Counted from the stretch's first letter, positions 1 to 14,015 are shown. The stretch is DNA of 64,000 bases from Harriotta raleighana (GCA_050575255.1 JBNZDD010013683.1:2123263-2187262); one strand, 5' to 3'. The notes: generated from the sequence alone by a model not told the origin. Translations and numbers: made by a program.

Positions 1-257
1 GAGGAGAGGAGGGAGGAAAAGTCAGAGGAGGTGGAGCAGGAGGGGGTGAAGTGCAGGTTGAAGTCGCCCAGGATGATGAGACGATCAGTGCAGAGGCAGA
101 GAGATGTTAGGAGGGTAGAAATGTCAGAGATGAAGGTGGGAGAGGTTTTAGGGGGCCGGTAGAGGAGGAGGATTTTGAGTGAGAGATGGGAGGGGTGGGA
201 GAGGGTGAGGTCCTCAAAAGAGAGGAAGGAGCTGGAGGAGTAGGGGGATAGGGCAAG
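1..257 (-). mobile_element. L2-clade LINE ORF2 fragment, AP-endonuclease domain (cut by window start)
   Basis: Minus-strand translation LALSPYSSSSFLSFEDLTLSHPSHLSLKILLLYRPPKTSPTFISDISTLLTSLCLCTDRLIILGDFNLHF is open and has the YRPP and LGDFN motifs of LINE APE domains, with the C/T-rich codon usage typical of L2. Confidence 0.9.
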
Positions 258-387
258 TGGTGTCCTTCATATCGCCGCTGTACGATTGAGCGTTTTTGCC
301 TGATTTTAGGCCAAAGTCTTGCTCCATTCTGAATATTGGGACAAATCTTTTCATCCTCAGGTTCAATGCTTTGGGAGCTCCCACAAA

Positions 388-452
388 TACAACAATAAAT
401 TGCATCTCTACAGCGCCCTTCATACGAGGTAGCATCTCGGAGTGCTTGGACA
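388..452 (-). mobile_element. L2/SINE 3' tail fragment
   Basis: acaacaataaattgcatctctacagcgcccttcatacgagg resembles the reverse complement of the tail shared by other copies in the window. Confidence 0.6.
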
Positions 453-1284
453 TATTCTGAAAAAATAAGCAGCAGAGCGAATTTCCAGTCTTATTTTCTT
501 GTAGATCCTTGAGTTTGTGCATCGCATGTGGTTAAACTTGCTTGCAGACATTGGAATTATTTGAGTTTCTCCGTAACACAACACTTATAACCAGAAATTT
601 TTCACCGTTTGAAACGCTTTGCGACTCACTGTAAAACACTACAAATACCTTCCAAGTCACTGAAAAGAAACGATAAAAAAATGCTTGTATCTTTTTAGAA
701 ATATTAGGTTGATTCACCGACACCGGGACAGAATATTATTTTAATACGGACCATGGTTATCATTCTAACATGTTTTTTGTATAATGCCAGTGAGTGTTCT
801 AGAGAAAGTCCACTGTACAATGAAACACCCTTCTAAAATATTTTATTTTTCATCACAAACTGCAGATGTCTGACATTTGCAAAAGAACCCCAAGGATAGT
901 TAACTGTCTAAAATGCTGCACTGTTCATACTAAGTGACTGTATTTCCGTTTTATGCAATTTGCTATGTACTGTTTTTGAGAAATTATGCCAAGTCCAATT
1001 GATATGGGAATTACAGGACAGATATAGCATGATGATTTTCCTTTGATATTGAGGAATCAACGACAGTGACATTTTGAACCATTCTATTCATTACAGTGAA
1101 ATCTTTGGGCCCTTATGTGGTGCATCCACCACAAGAACTAGATGACTTTCTTTTGGGCATTGTGAGGTTGGAAATTACTGCTGTGGTGAATAAATAGCCA
1201 CTCGCTTACATGTTATGCAGCTCGACAGATAGTAAAAGCATTTCCTCTATGGTTGTATCTATTTGAGCTATAAATTTGGGGGAA

Positions 1285-1440
1285 ATCTGTGCCTAGTTAT
1301 CTGATTTTAGCTGGGTCATCAGTACATGTGACAGAATTGGCCTCATCGGACTGGGACAATGAAGGGGAAATCACCCAGAGTCCTACTCCTGGTCCTTACT
1401 CAGCAACCACTGAGCAATCTTGCAAGATTGTGTTTGGCTT
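1285..1440 (+). mobile_element. Old SINE-like repeat (second family), decayed
   Basis: Aligns by eye with 59455-59740 (gttatctgattttagctggg...aattggcctca...gaaggggaaatcacccagagtcctactcctg). Confidence 0.5.
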
Positions 1441-1489
1441 TGACTCCCCCGCCGAAGGTTGAATTGCCTACCGACGCTCGCTGTAGAGG

Positions 1490-1630
1490 CCGAAAGATGA
1501 ATAGAGGCCACTTGGACGAGGTACAGAGGAAGGCTGTGAACAATATGCCAGTAGAAAAACAAAAGGAGTCGAAATGGCTTCAGGAAAGATAGATCGCAAA
1601 AGTGGAAGATAATTTTCTAATCAGAACATC
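1490..1630 (+). mobile_element. CR1 LINE ORF2 C-terminal relic
   Basis: HLDEVQRKAVNNMP resembles the CR1 motif (K)LExVQRRATKMIP. Confidence 0.45.
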
Positions 1631-2576
1631 AGACTCTGTTTATCTTATTGATGGTAATAGCACATAATGTGGACAGGTGTTGAAGGCTAGCTTTGGCAAA
1701 GCTCTATTTAGATTAGTTCATGGCTGCGGCAGGAGATATACTGGCTTGTGAACTCAAGAACCCCTTCCTTTAACAATCCAATCTGGGGCTAGAGGAAAGA
1801 TGCAGATTGTAGGAGCTTGACTTACACGTGATGAATCCAATGAATTACGGTGGGAAAATATCATTTTGGGTGTTCGAACATGTCAGGGTGAAAAGTACCG
1901 GCTGCTTTCATTTCACTGTTTAAAATGGTTGTTATATAAATAGGGCCAAATGAATTTCATTCTGTCAGGGAAGTGACTTTATGGGGCAATGAGTTGAGAA
2001 ACCCAATAATAATTTTCCTATTAACGAGAACCTTCAGAGGTGGCGAAGAGGATAAAAGGCTGATCCAGCCCCCACCCCCTCCCCCTTGCAAATTAAGGTT
2101 GATGCAGAACCTTTGAATTCTTTATGATATCAGTACAATGTTGCAGTTGCAGTTTTCCCCTGAAATCACATTTCATCCCTGGCTTGCTTTGGCTTCAGCC
2201 TTATTTCACAGCTCATTCATCATTTCGTACAACATCTTGGGGCTCTATTGAAATATAAATGACTTTGGTTTCCTGATCTACAACCTTGTACAATCATTCC
2301 CATCATTGGCCCCTACTTGTGCTGCTCCTGGAGTGTGTAGTGATATAGCCTTAAGCGCCCCAGTCTCTTAGTTTCCCTCTTGGAAGAAATAAGAGTCTCC
2401 TCTCAACAACTGCAGTGAAAGCTTGATGATATTATGATGGACCACATGGTTAAGCCAAGTACAGTATTGTCTTTGTGGGTGTTGACAGTAGAAAAGAGAG
2501 AGAGAGAGGAAACATCAAGAGTGTCTTTGTGGAAAGACACAAGATGTAGATACTGTAGAATGTTCACTTTGCAAAG

Positions 2577-2870
2577 ATAATAATCTTTGTATTTGATACA
2601 GTGCTGTATCATGTTGAAACATCTCAAGGTATTTCAGTGTTTTGTCTGTAAAATGGAGTGACTGTAGTTGTAACCAAAGCAAAGTCTAACTGTGAACAGC
2701 AATGTCCCAGAAAAGTCATGAAGCATTTGATGAGTATTTGTTGTCTGAGGGACTGTTACCCAGACACGAGGAGAAATCCCCTTCTCTTTTCAAATAGTGC
2801 CACAGGATATTTAACATCCCCCTTGAAAAAGTAGATGGGATCTGAAGGATAACAACACTGACAGAGACTC
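2577..2870 (-). mobile_element. Older DeuSINE (AmnSINE1/SacSINE-like) with full Deu domain
   Basis: Tail taataatctttgtatttgatacag, then ggagaaatccccttctcttttcaaatagtgccacaggatatttaacatcc, which matches the reverse complement of the Deu domain. Confidence 0.75.
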
Positions 2871-3307
2871 AGATGGATATAACAGAGATCCCATATACTG
2901 TAATGCAACAGGCAGTTAAAGCAAGACAAAATCTATCTGAAGGGCGAGCCGGCTTGACAGGTTGGAGAAATAGATGCACAGGATTGTGACCTGTGTCTGA
3001 GGGATAATTCATTTTATATCTGGAGAAAAAGCCTCATCAAATTTATGGAAGTGGTAACATTGGGAAAGGTCAAGCCAGGATGAGAAGAGTGTGGCAAGAT
3101 GAGAAAATGAATTACTTTCAGGGAGGATTTTTGTGCTGTGCAGCCTGACGATAATAATTTTAGTTTGTTGTGTCTTCCGTTGAAACATAAGCCCTCCACT
3201 TCTGTTAGATGTCAACCAGCTGATTCAGGGAAAGAAAACAGTTGTAGCAGTGAGAATCCAGCCAAATGATAATTACATTGATCTGGGATGGATCAGAGCT
3301 TAGAACT

Positions 3308-3624
3308 GGAGTCCTGTAGCTAACTGGTTAGATCATTCGCCTTACAAGTGAGAGACCTGGGTTCAATTCCAGGCAGAGCGAAACCTTGGGAAAGTTTCCT
3401 TCTTACTCCACATGCCTAATAATAATCCTTCCCCCAAAAATACAATAATAAGTTTCAATCCACATCTGTTTATGGGACACTGCTGTGCACAATGGCTGCC
3501 ATCTTTCGCCCAAATATATATAATGAATTCACTTTACAGTATATTCTGTGATGCGCTTTGAGATGTCTAGAATACGTGAAAAGCACTATATCAAATGCAA
3601 GGCATATTATTATTATTATTATTA
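3308..3624 (+). mobile_element. Near full-length tRNA-derived SINE (head + Deu core + L2-like tail)
   Basis: Pol III A-box TAGCTAACTGG (3317-3327), B-box GGTTCAATTCC (3360-3370), core gtttatgggacactgctgtgcacaatggctgcc, tail gcgctttgagatgtc...atcaaatgcaagg(att)n. Confidence 0.9.
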
Positions 3625-5044
3625 GAGGTGTACGCTAACTCGCAGCACAACACAAATCACTATGTGCGCTGAAACTTAAGTAGTGGATTGGATTCCTGTT
3701 ATAGCAAAAGTTACTTACTTTATGCTTTCCTTCTATTGCAAATCTTTGCAGCCTCCAATTCACCTTTTTGAATTGGTGCATTTCATTGGCACTGTCCCAC
3801 GAAGGAGATGTCCACATTTATGCCAGATACATAGAAATTTTCTTGAGGTGGCTTGCCTGCATTCATCAATTCAGCACTCAAATACATCTTACTCCAATGG
3901 AACAAATTGAAGCTCTTCAAATTGAAGCCTGCTGCATTATATGGGATCTCTGCTATATCCATCTCTCTGGGTCATCTACCAAAAGGACTTTGTGACTATT
4001 TCTTATTATCATGTTAAATTCTATCTGTTGCCTTTTCATCTGAAGAAGACAATAGGCTTTGACTTTACTGTGTTGGTTCACAAGGTCATTTTCTTCCTGA
4101 CACCGACATGACATTCTAATGTGTTATGCAGATGTAATTTTGTTGTTGGTTTTGTTGTTATTGAAAAGATACAGTGAAGGATAAATATCTAGCAGGCAAA
4201 TGACATCACATCTAACATCATATCGTGGTATAGAATAAGATAAATGGTCACCAAATAAGTTCTCATTCGATAGAATGTATTTACTAGGATTGGGTAATGT
4301 GTCTGCTGTGGCAAATAACGGAAGAATTATTTACTGATAACATCCCATTTCCTGCGTTGTGAATGTCCTGTAATTCTATCATGTTTGATAACATGAATCC
4401 ATTTATTATCATTATATTCAAGATGCATTAACTGGAAGTACCCACGAATCCAAACTGTACTTTCTAAAACCTGAGCATGGCGATAGAGCTGAACAGTCTG
4501 TAATAGCTGGCAGATGATTCTTGTAATCTCTGATGAAAGAAAAGACAAATGTCAGTTGTGCTATTTTGGGAATCTCCAAGCATCTGTAGATAATGGGAGA
4601 TTACCTTCCCCTGTCAGCAATGGTAAGGGGCAGTTATTAATTACAAAGCCACAGACAGCTGGGTGTTATTATTCACACAAATTAGTTCCTTCAGTAGTTG
4701 TGCAGATGAAAAGTTTCGATCAAATCAAAGCTCCAGCCAACCAACAGTCCTGATACCCTCCCTGATTTTATTTTTAAATCGCCTTCTATTCTTCTTTTAA
4801 GATTTTTCATCCAGCCCTTTAAGGTCGTTCGCTTTGCTCACCATCCACAACGAGAGGGCGAGATGGCTGCTGATGATTTGCCAATGCCATTCTTCATCTG
4901 GTCACTAGGAGGAGGACAGCAGCAGCCAAGCGTGCCTTGCCCTTGACTCTCATTGGCAAGAACAGCTCACATTGCAAATTTGTCTGAGAATGCGACAGAC
5001 TAGATCTGCCAACACATATTCCTACCACTTGCTTTCGAAATTGA

Positions 5045-5143
5045 GTCACTGCAATTCACAGTAAGTCCTGAAATGCTTCCAGCCATCCTCCCAACGTGAA
5101 AGGAAGCATGTCAAATGCAAGGATTATTATTGTTATATTATTA
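5045..5143 (+). mobile_element. SINE 3' tail fragment
   Basis: cgtgaaaggaagcatgtcaaatgcaaggattattatt. Confidence 0.6.
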
Positions 5144-6124
5144 CTCCAAGTTACAATGCAACACATCGCATCACCAATGCACTGAGCCATTCTGTTGCCA
5201 ACTTAATCATAAAGAGAAATTGTCATAAAAAGAGATCAGCAATGAGCAAACTCAAATGTATCCAATCAATTTATACGTCTACCAACTATCCTGATATCTC
5301 TGGATGCTGCTCGTCAGGAAGATTTTTTTCAGTCTAAAGAGATTAAATGCAACAACAACAACAAAATGACACTTATATTTATGTCAGGTGGACATCCCGA
5401 GGCGAATGTTTTTGTACTTGGGTCAAAAGAGTAATCTGTTTTGTTCTCAGGTGTTGATATTTCGTCAGAAAACAGTGGGAGGAAAGTGTCACAAAAAATT
5501 TCCTCTGGTACTGCAGATCGAAGATTACAGAGGGCATTGAAAAACTTGTTTCGAAAATTGAACGAACAAGTCATTTCCGCGCTTCATCCAAAATCTTGGT
5601 TGAGTGCGTGATGGTTTCACGTTGCATTTGGATTTTATTGCCACCAGCGATAGAGGCAAAGGCATTGACAGTATTTGGGAGTCTGTTTGACAGGTGTGAG
5701 AAGCAATGTGTGGATGTTTGCTGCTGGCACAGTATTTGTATGAATTTTGTTTTGTATTGACATGATAAGGTGCAAGTGAGCAACTGTTGAGTGTGTGCTA
5801 TTAATTACTGAGGTCTGACTCTGAGGTGCTCGAACCACTTGTTGTGCTGTTCTTGACACAAGTCCCACGCTTTCTCGTCCCCAGAATGTTATAGTATATG
5901 TATAGGGCAGCACTGTCCACAATAGTACTGTATGATATTGAATAGGAAATGTTTTTTTTCCCTAAAGCCTATCCACGTAAGCAGCGTCTCGTTGGATCTG
6001 CGCTTACTCCAAGTCGACGTGCTTGGCAATGGAATAATGGCATCCTTTTGAAACATGCTATTGTGTCATTCTATTGCGTGTTAGGAAAGTAATATTAATT
6101 ATTTTATGTCATATTGTTGCAAGC

Positions 6125-6168
6125 TAATAATAATAATAATCCTTGCATTTGGTATAGTGCTTTACAGT
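6125..6168 (-). mobile_element. SINE 3' tail fragment
   Basis: (taa)n-tccttgcatttggtatagtgcttt. Confidence 0.65.
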
Positions 6169-7279
6169 AACATCCAATTTGTTTAAATTCTACAATATCT
6201 TGACAGTGGATATTTGATTCATAAACAGAGACAGATATATTCATGCCACGGTCGTTATTACTTTAAACATACAAATCATGTAGACTATGTTAGAACGCAG
6301 ATGCATTAACTTGAATTTCCTTCTGGACAGGCTTGTCAAAATAAGACCACAAAGAAAGAAATGAAAATTTTATTGCAGGAAGCTGCTTGTTATTTTAACT
6401 TTTCTGATCCATGAGTACCCATGAGTGTTTTATTTTCGCCAAAAAGATCAGCTCTAATTATTTCAGAATTTATGACTCGTTTAGCAGGCAATGAATAGAA
6501 TCGGGCAGATTCCAGGGGAATAGATTGAAAAAGTGGGTCGATGGAACATTTCGGAAACGAGGATTATTTCAGAGGTACCTAGGTCATGGAGCAGTCACAC
6601 ATGCTCTTTGAGAAATTCGCGAGGGACAGTCAGTAAGCAGGCATGGGTCAAAGAGTCTAAGAGAACACGAGGATGGGGAGTGACTAAGAACAACTAGTAA
6701 TTCAGTGTGGGTGCAGTGATTTTGTGATGTTTGTGTTCCTTGCACCACAGTGGGAGCAGTATATCCATGTTCTATTGCAGCCTATGCGAGACATACCCAC
6801 CTGCCTTCTTTGGTATTTGGAAGCAGATTCTAGCTTTGTGAATAACCTTCATTTGAAAATAAGTGCTTTAGTCTTTGCTTCGTGACACAGCAAGTCACAA
6901 TTACCTTGTAATCCCAACATCTATTTCATGTATTCTTTTGCGAAGGAAGTCAGTGTTTGGTAGCATAACAAGTTCCCTGATAGATTTAAAAACCAGTGGA
7001 ATTATTTTGATTCCAACGCTATACATTTTGGTTTGTCTTGACAGGAGAATACCATATTTCTAGTATACAATTCACTATAGGTTTTCTAAACAATGCCAGG
7101 ATCTTATAACAAGAAAATGTTTTGAATTTCTACGGTTGTTGGACCTCCAGGGTTAAATGGATTAACATTGAATTACATGTATCCACTGCAATTGCTCATC
7201 CTATTTTATAAAATGATCCTAATCCCCACAGTTTTCTAATCATAACATTGTTCAGTCTTCCGGGAGGTCTTATTTTTGG

Positions 7280-7635
7280 AATAAGAACATAAAGAATAAA
7301 TAAGAGAAATGGCAGGAGAGAAGGCAATTGAATCACAGAGCATTTGCAACACAGAAGGTGGTCTTTCAGCTCATTGCAGGAATGCCAACTCCCCTATTGG
7401 AGCTATCCTACAATCTTTCCCAATAGACTTTCAAATTATTTTCCCTGATATCTATCAGATTTTTTTTTTGAACAACTCCATTTCAACAGCCATTTGCTGA
7501 AAAGCATTTAAAAATTTTATCTAAAAATAAATTGTTCTTGGCAACCTGTTCCAGTTGTTAATTATCCTATGGGTAAAGAAATATTTCCTGGTATCTGTCC
7601 AGAAATTGCACTATGTTCCTCTTGCTCTATTGTGA
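7280..7635 (-). mobile_element. CR1 LINE 3' end fragments
   Basis: aatcacagagcatttgcaacacagaaggtggtc tail, and ggcaacctgttccagttgttaattatcctatgggtaaagaaatatttcctgg, the reverse complement of a RKYFFTxRxxNxWNxLP-coding end. Confidence 0.7.
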
Positions 7636-7784
7636 ACCTATTCTGCTGCACCTGAAATGTAGCCTACATTCAGATACCATTCAATTAAAACAAAATGGCT
7701 TGGTTTAACAAAATAGAAACGACGTCCCCATCACTAGTTGATAAAAAGAAATATTGAGAAATGACTTGGAATTAAGTTCACCTA

Positions 7785-7893
7785 CAAAATACCCGATCAA
7801 TATACTTTACAGCAAATCCTGTAAAGCACTTTGAGAGGTCCTGCTCACATGCAAGTGCTCTGTGAATGCAAAAATGTTATTATTATTATTATT
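7785..7893 (+). mobile_element. SINE 3' fragment
   Basis: tttacagcaaatcctgtaaagcactttgagagg...tgcaaaaatg(tta)n. Confidence 0.65.
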
Positions 7894-9539
7894 TTGACCC
7901 ACTTAATGTCCTCTTGCACATCCAGAAAATACATATCACTGAACAGAGGTGACACATAAAGAGGTGACAATTCCATCCAAAGTAACGCAAACCATCGGTT
8001 GAATATTTTAACCAATATAGTTTAAAACATCCTTATAACTGTCCTTTCTGTATCTGCTTGCAGACAATGGACTGAGTCACTGCAAATCCTATTTCACTTT
8101 CAGGTTTGTTTCAGCTTGTGTGGCTTGGTCAGATCAAATCAAAAGTGAATGTTGGATTAAAGGGTTGATTTTTGCTGCAGAAGTGGAAACGTAGCTAAAG
8201 TCAAACATTTACCATGGAGTAAGGGAATAGCAATTATATTACGGCTTCTCACCTAAACATGATCAGGGACTGATGACACAATGCCCAAACCTGACTCACA
8301 TTCAGTGCCTTGAAAATCTCTAATTCACCCTTGCTGCTTGACTTAATCCTTCTGCCAAGAAATGATTTCATGATCAATGATCTCGGCAAACACCAGATGA
8401 TTTGTAATGTGCAAGAAACTATGTCAGCATTTGTTGAATTAAATATCTTAGGAGAAAAACAACTTGAAAGTTATGATTGACTAAATATTGTCGTATAGAT
8501 ACAGCACAAAGGGACTCCACTCCCCACCCCAACCCCCAACAAAAAAATGAAGCAACATCAGCAACCTAACTTTAAGTCAAGATGCATAGTTTTGGTTCCC
8601 TTCAAAGCTGTTCAGCAACTTGTACTTAAGATTTTTTTTCAAAAAAAAACTATCAACAGTCATTACCTACAAGGAGACTTTGAACTCAGGAGAGGCTTAA
8701 ACCCACATTGTTTTCTGATTTCTCTGGGAAATTTCCATAGGTACTGTCAGAAGTCAAAGTTTGGTCGGACTACATTAAGAATTACAGTTTTCATGTTTCA
8801 GCATAAAACATGTACAGATGTTACGCTGTCTCGCACAATCTCAACCCTCAGGTGAATGATGAAGTATGGCACCTCTAGTCTTGCACTTGTTTGGCTTTGT
8901 GTAATTATCTGTAATTACACTTCCTATTTCCAATGTCTGCAAAAAATCACATTTCTGTCAATATGAGGTTGTGGACACCCCCCTAAACCCAGTCCCCAAC
9001 TTTTAAATGATTCCATTTCAAACAGATTAAGCTCACAATTTGCACAGATTTAGGAACTAGTCTGAAAGAGTTTTGCTTGGATACAAACAAACCACTTCAC
9101 CTGGAAGCAATCTACTCTAAATTGTCTGCACATTCAATTTAAATATCTCAATCAAAATCATTTTATACTTGGCAGATAGAGCCAAGATGAAGTCAAAAAT
9201 AGAATAAATGTATTTTAATTATTGTATATAAATAAGATTCACCGTGCATATGTTTGCAATATTAGTAAATATCTTACACAGGTGATCGCTTGAATGACTA
9301 ATGCAATACATACAAGGTTCAAAAGTCCACCCGTTCTTGACCTACAAAATCATTTCATCTTGAAATGGAGATTTTTTTTAAAAAAATTCAGTCTCATGCA
9401 GTTGTGATGCTCCTCTTTGTTGTCAGGAGAAAAAAAGCAGGCTGCAATCCTGTAACCATACAGTGAATTGTGCACAAAACCATTACAGTTTTTTCAAAAT
9501 TGTGTAATTGTTTTAATCCCAGGTCTCAAGTATATAATC

Positions 9540-9700
9540 CACTTGGGTCTAGATTTAGGGGTTTGAAGGAGAGAGGAATAGTCCAGCTGTGACATAAATA
9601 CAGCTCAGTCACTGGCAGGAATACAGAGGTGAGCATCTCTGAACAACAGGATTAAATAGTGAAAATGACCTTCTTCATCCACACTTACCTTATGATTCTG
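9540..9700 (+). mobile_element. CR1-type 3' UTR relic
   Basis: Ends aatgaccttcttcatcc...ttatgattctg, similar to CR1 3' termini; strongly decayed. Confidence 0.4.
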
Positions 9701-11376
9701 TCACCTCACTTGTTTGTATGAAGCGAGATTACAAAATGATGCAAGATGTCGGCATTTTATATTCGCTATCCGCTGCACACTAGAATTGTCCCATTTCATT
9801 TCACCCAAGGAGAGAGATAGTAGCCACGATTGTTTGGGCTAAAAGGTCCTAAACATTATGTTCAAATCTGTTCTTTGGAATTGCTTCCTTTTATGTGTTG
9901 TTTCCAAGCAACATGTTCTTTTTATAGCCTTAAAACAATATTGTAATTTGTACATGACCTCTCTAATAGAATACGGTAGTTGACTTTCCTATTATAGGCA
10001 ATGAAATCAACACATAATAAATGTCCAGCATTACTGCCTAACAAATGCATTAACAGCAGCATGTGTCTACCTCTGAAAGCCATTAGCAAGTTGCAAATTA
10101 CAAATATCAAGGGGCAAATTTCACTCAATGTGTTTGCTTCTGTTTCTCAATCAGTTACTTTTTGCAGTGACTGGAAGAATAAGAAATCAGAGCGATATAT
10201 ATGTAATTTCGGAGCAGATTTGGCATTGTGAGATACCCAATTTGGATTTGCTTCATCTTACATTATGGCAATAGAAATACAATTCTTACTCAGAGAATTC
10301 ATCAGAAAGAAACAACCTTCCTCCTCTTTTATTTAGGCTGCGTTCAAACTGACACAGAGAGCTGCATTGGGAACTTTTATTCAAGCAGCCTTCCGATGCT
10401 TTTATTATGTTCGACTTTTGAAACTTTTGGTACATTGGTTCACTTGCGTAGCATTTGAAACCAAAGTTTAAAGCAGGCAAGTTCTTTTTTTAAACCAGGA
10501 TGTATTCGACATGTGATTGTAATTGAGTCACAAAAGAAAATTCGATAAAAGTAAGAAAGAACAACTTCACAAAAATACTGAATGGCACAAAGAGGTCAAC
10601 AGTAAGAAACTCTTCTATTCTAAGACTGACCTGAGTTGAATGTTCTATTTTTGTTTTAAAAAAAAGTCATGAGTTTATACTGGCCAATGCCCTCTGATTG
10701 TTAATTTGGTTGACCCTTATTGCATCAGAGTTTTTTCCCTTCTCCAATCAGGTCCTATTGCTGGACTTGCCTGGAGCACAAGCTTTCAACACCAAGCTGG
10801 CTGTATAACCCTAGGTCAAGAGAGGGGATTAGGAATCAGTCTTGGAATTTGGCTCCCCGGACTGAGTTTCCAGAGAAGCTCCCAGATTAATACAGCTAGT
10901 GGTTACTTTTACTCTCTTTCTCCTGGCAGTCTTGATGTCTCTTTAACTCTTTGAGAACTGCAGCAGAATTTCACCACTGCCAGCCACCCCCCCGCCCCCC
11001 ACAACATGCACAGAATAATTTGTAAGAGACGTTGTTGTTTTGTGTACTGTGTTCTGACTGGATTTGGGGATTGTGCCTTTGCAAAACATGACATTAGGAG
11101 AAAAAGGAAAATGATTTTTTTCTCACAGGAACCATAGATGTTCTTTTGCTTTCAAATGCTTCTTCTAATAAGGCATTGATTTAGATGGCTTGATAATAAT
11201 AACAGTAGAGTTACTGGTCTCTGAACTCTCAGGGTCACAGTGGGTTTGAATCTCAACCTTCTTCAGTGTTTGAAGTCACCAGACTCACTGAATGAGTCGA
11301 GTCTTAAACAGGCTGCAAGATGGACTATCTTTGGCTCCAGATCTCTCACTAACCTTCTGAAGTATTAATCTGCTAT

Positions 11377-11560
11377 TAATAATAATAATCCTTGTATTTG
11401 ATATAGTGTTTTTCACATTTTATCGATGTCTCAAAGCGCTTCACAGAATATACCGTAAAGTGAATTGACTGTATATTTCTGGGCGAAACGAGGCATCCAA
11501 TTAATTGCACTCAGCAGTGTCCCACAAACAGTACCAATTTTTAATATTGTGTTTTTTAGA
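11377..11560 (-). mobile_element. SINE (Deu core + tail)
   Basis: (taa)n-ccttgtatttgatatagtg...ctcaaagcgcttcacagaatat...cagcagtgtcccacaaacag. Confidence 0.85.
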
Positions 11561-12704
11561 GGATCGCAACAAACGGTGGGGTAATTGTATATCTGAGTAA
11601 GAATTAACATCTTTGAATGGATGGGCAGCACCACTTGTTGCAATCCTCTAAAATAACTTTCTTGGAGAGTGGAGTAAATACTATTATGGACAGGAGAAGG
11701 GAAATCTGGTACAACTAGTCCATCAGCTTGCATTCCCATATCTCCTGATAAACAGTCGCACTGATATGGAAAAATTTAGGGTATCCATAACACAGTAAAA
11801 TGTAACTAAAGTAAAACTTGCTTAAGTTTGATCTGTATATAAATCATATAATCATATATAGACATGCATCTGCCCAAGTCCCTTTCCAGAGTTTATATTC
11901 TATGTGAGTTCGACATAACTCATAGATTGCATGTCATGTTAGTTTCAAGGTCCCAACTGATACAACCTATGTGAGGTTTACTGTATAGTATACGATCTAT
12001 GAAAAGTCAGACACATTCTACTCAGAACTCTACCTGGAACCAAATCGGCGGGGTCTTCCAAGTAGAAGAGGTCATTATCCAACAGGTGTTTGAGTAGATG
12101 TTGTGACTGCTTCAGTGTGACATCTTGTAGATGGGATTTGCCAGCCACTAATCTTTTATTAAACTCTTTAACATTCGTGCCACCGACAGTGACACAGCCA
12201 CACAGCGACACACTAGGAATGACATCATTGTGTTCACATCACATTGGGGTTGCCTAACAGTTTCAGCAGTGTATCATGGCCCTTGAAGTAATGAACCTGA
12301 CCTGAATGGAATGATTCTTGCAGCACATGTTCAGGAGCAATGTGTAAGCCAGCACTCTCATGTTACTAATATGTGTTCACTTGCACTTTCCTCCCTTCAT
12401 GGCCTCAGGGGTGTTATGTGATAAATGATGTGAATCGAAGTGAGTATAACTGATTTAAGATGCGGGGCTGGAGTGATGAAGTGTCGAAACGAGAAAAAAG
12501 GGATGTTTGCTTTCAAGAATTGTGACGCGACAGATATTCCAATTGTCTTCAGAGGAAATAAATATTGATGTATTCAACGAGCGAAATTACAATTCGAATC
12601 AGTGTGTCATGTGGTCATCTGTATATTGTCAATAATTATCAAACACATGTATCCTTTGAATTTTGCACAGTTATTGAATTCTGGTAGGAGTTGAGGATTT
12701 AAAA

Positions 12705-12785
12705 TAACAATAATAATAATTATAATCCTTGCATTTGATGATGTGCCTTTCAAGGCAAGAGGACATCTCAAAGTCACTACCACTT
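12705..12785 (-). mobile_element. SINE/L2 3' tail fragment
   Basis: taatccttgcatttgatgatgtgcctttca...ggacatctcaaag. Confidence 0.7.
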
Positions 12786-12799
12786 TTGTTGATTCTGAA

Positions 12800-13250
12800 C
12801 TGCCAAGACTTTTGACTTTGTCTTCGTCATACTCAGGCTTGATTTTTCCAATGCCCTGTGGTCCGCTCTCTCTCCAACTCATCCCCACACAAGTTGCAGA
12901 CCAACCAGAACGTTGTAGCGCATGTCCTCGTCCCCATCAGGCTCCGTGAATAGGCTCCCGCTTGGCTTCACTGGCTCCCAGTCCCCGCAGTGGATCAAAT
13001 TCAAGATCTTCGTCCTCGCTTTCAAATGCCTCCACAGCCTCGTCTCTATGAACTCCTGCAACCTTACTGCCCTGGCCGGTCAGGGAAAACTGGCCTGCTG
13101 GATGTCCCCTGCTCTCTCCACCTCACCTTCAGCCATTCTACCCCTGCTCTCTGGAACTCTCTCCCAGTGTCCCTCTGTCTTGCGCCTTCCCGTAGCCATG
13201 TGAAGCACTTTGAGAAGACTTTCTTTCTATGTGAATATAAATTGTTGTTG
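12800..13250 (+). mobile_element. L2 LINE ORF2 C-terminus and 3' tail, frameshifted
   Basis: HWLPVP/QWIKFKIFVLAFKCLHSL and FSHSTPALWNSLP match L2 C-terminal motifs LHWLPVxxRIxFK and APxLWNSLP; tail gtgaagcactttgag...ataaa(ttg)n. Confidence 0.85.
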
Positions 13251-13759
13251 TATTACATATTTCAACAGGCAAGTGTAAAGGCACTTCAAACAGTTATGCC
13301 ATGTTAGGATGTACATTTGCCAAGCAATTTACATTGTGCATTGTTATCTGCCAGTTCAAAAAAAAATCAATTTGCATCTAAACTGAACTGATTCCATCAA
13401 GAAATGAATCACTTGACCTTTGCTCATAGGCCATCATTGTGGGAAAGGTACATAAAGTTTTCAATGTGTCCAGATGTTCAGGCAACTGGAGAAGTAGGGA
13501 ATGGGTTACAAGCAAAAAAAAAGGCAAAGGAAAATGTTTACCAATGACACAAGAAAGACGCAAGGCACCTAGAAAGCACCACTCAAGGCCTTAGACAAGA
13601 AAACAATTATATTGTTCCATTCACAGAGTGAGGAAGCCAGCAGACTCTGAAATAATAATACTTCTTCTCTGTTGTGGTTCTAAATAAGTATGCACTTAAA
13701 ACCTTCTATAGTAGGCATGCAGACGCAATTTAGAATGATGTCCACAATTATGATGTCCA

Positions 13760-13895
13760 CAATAATAATCATCCTTACATTTGATGTACATTTTCACATC
13801 AGAAAGGATGTCTCAAAGCGTTGTAGTGTTGTCACTGTGTATTTTATTGGCGAATGTGGCAGCTGATCTGCACACAGCAATTTCGCACAAACAGC
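13760..13895 (-). mobile_element. SINE (Deu core + tail)
   Basis: atccttacatttgatg...tctcaaagcg...gtggcagctgatctgcacacagc...cacaaacag. Confidence 0.75.
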
Positions 13896-13953
13896 CACAC
13901 CATGGTCATGATCATTTGCTGAGCTTCAAGTAAATTTGTTAATTAGCATCTGT

Positions 13954-13981
13954 TTCTCTCTCTCTCTCTGTCTGTCTCTCT
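13954..13981. repeat. (CT)n/(CTGT) microsatellite, polypyrimidine tract
   Basis: tttctctctctctctctgtctgtctctct. Confidence 0.8.
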
Positions 13982-14015
13982 GCCTTCTGCAGCAGTCTCC
14001 AAACACATCTGCAGT

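Noticed and set aside
3308-3380. tRNA-like sequence with A and B boxes (also 35030-35102 and 63510-63578)
   Set aside because: No proper acceptor stem, and it continues into SINE body and tail, so these are SINE heads, not tRNA genes.
8899-8920. Short perfect or near-perfect palindromes (gtgtaatta/taattacac; also 861-881, 28224-28251, 44393-44405)
   Set aside because: Stems of 6-10 bp in AT-rich DNA are expected by chance, and there is no other support.
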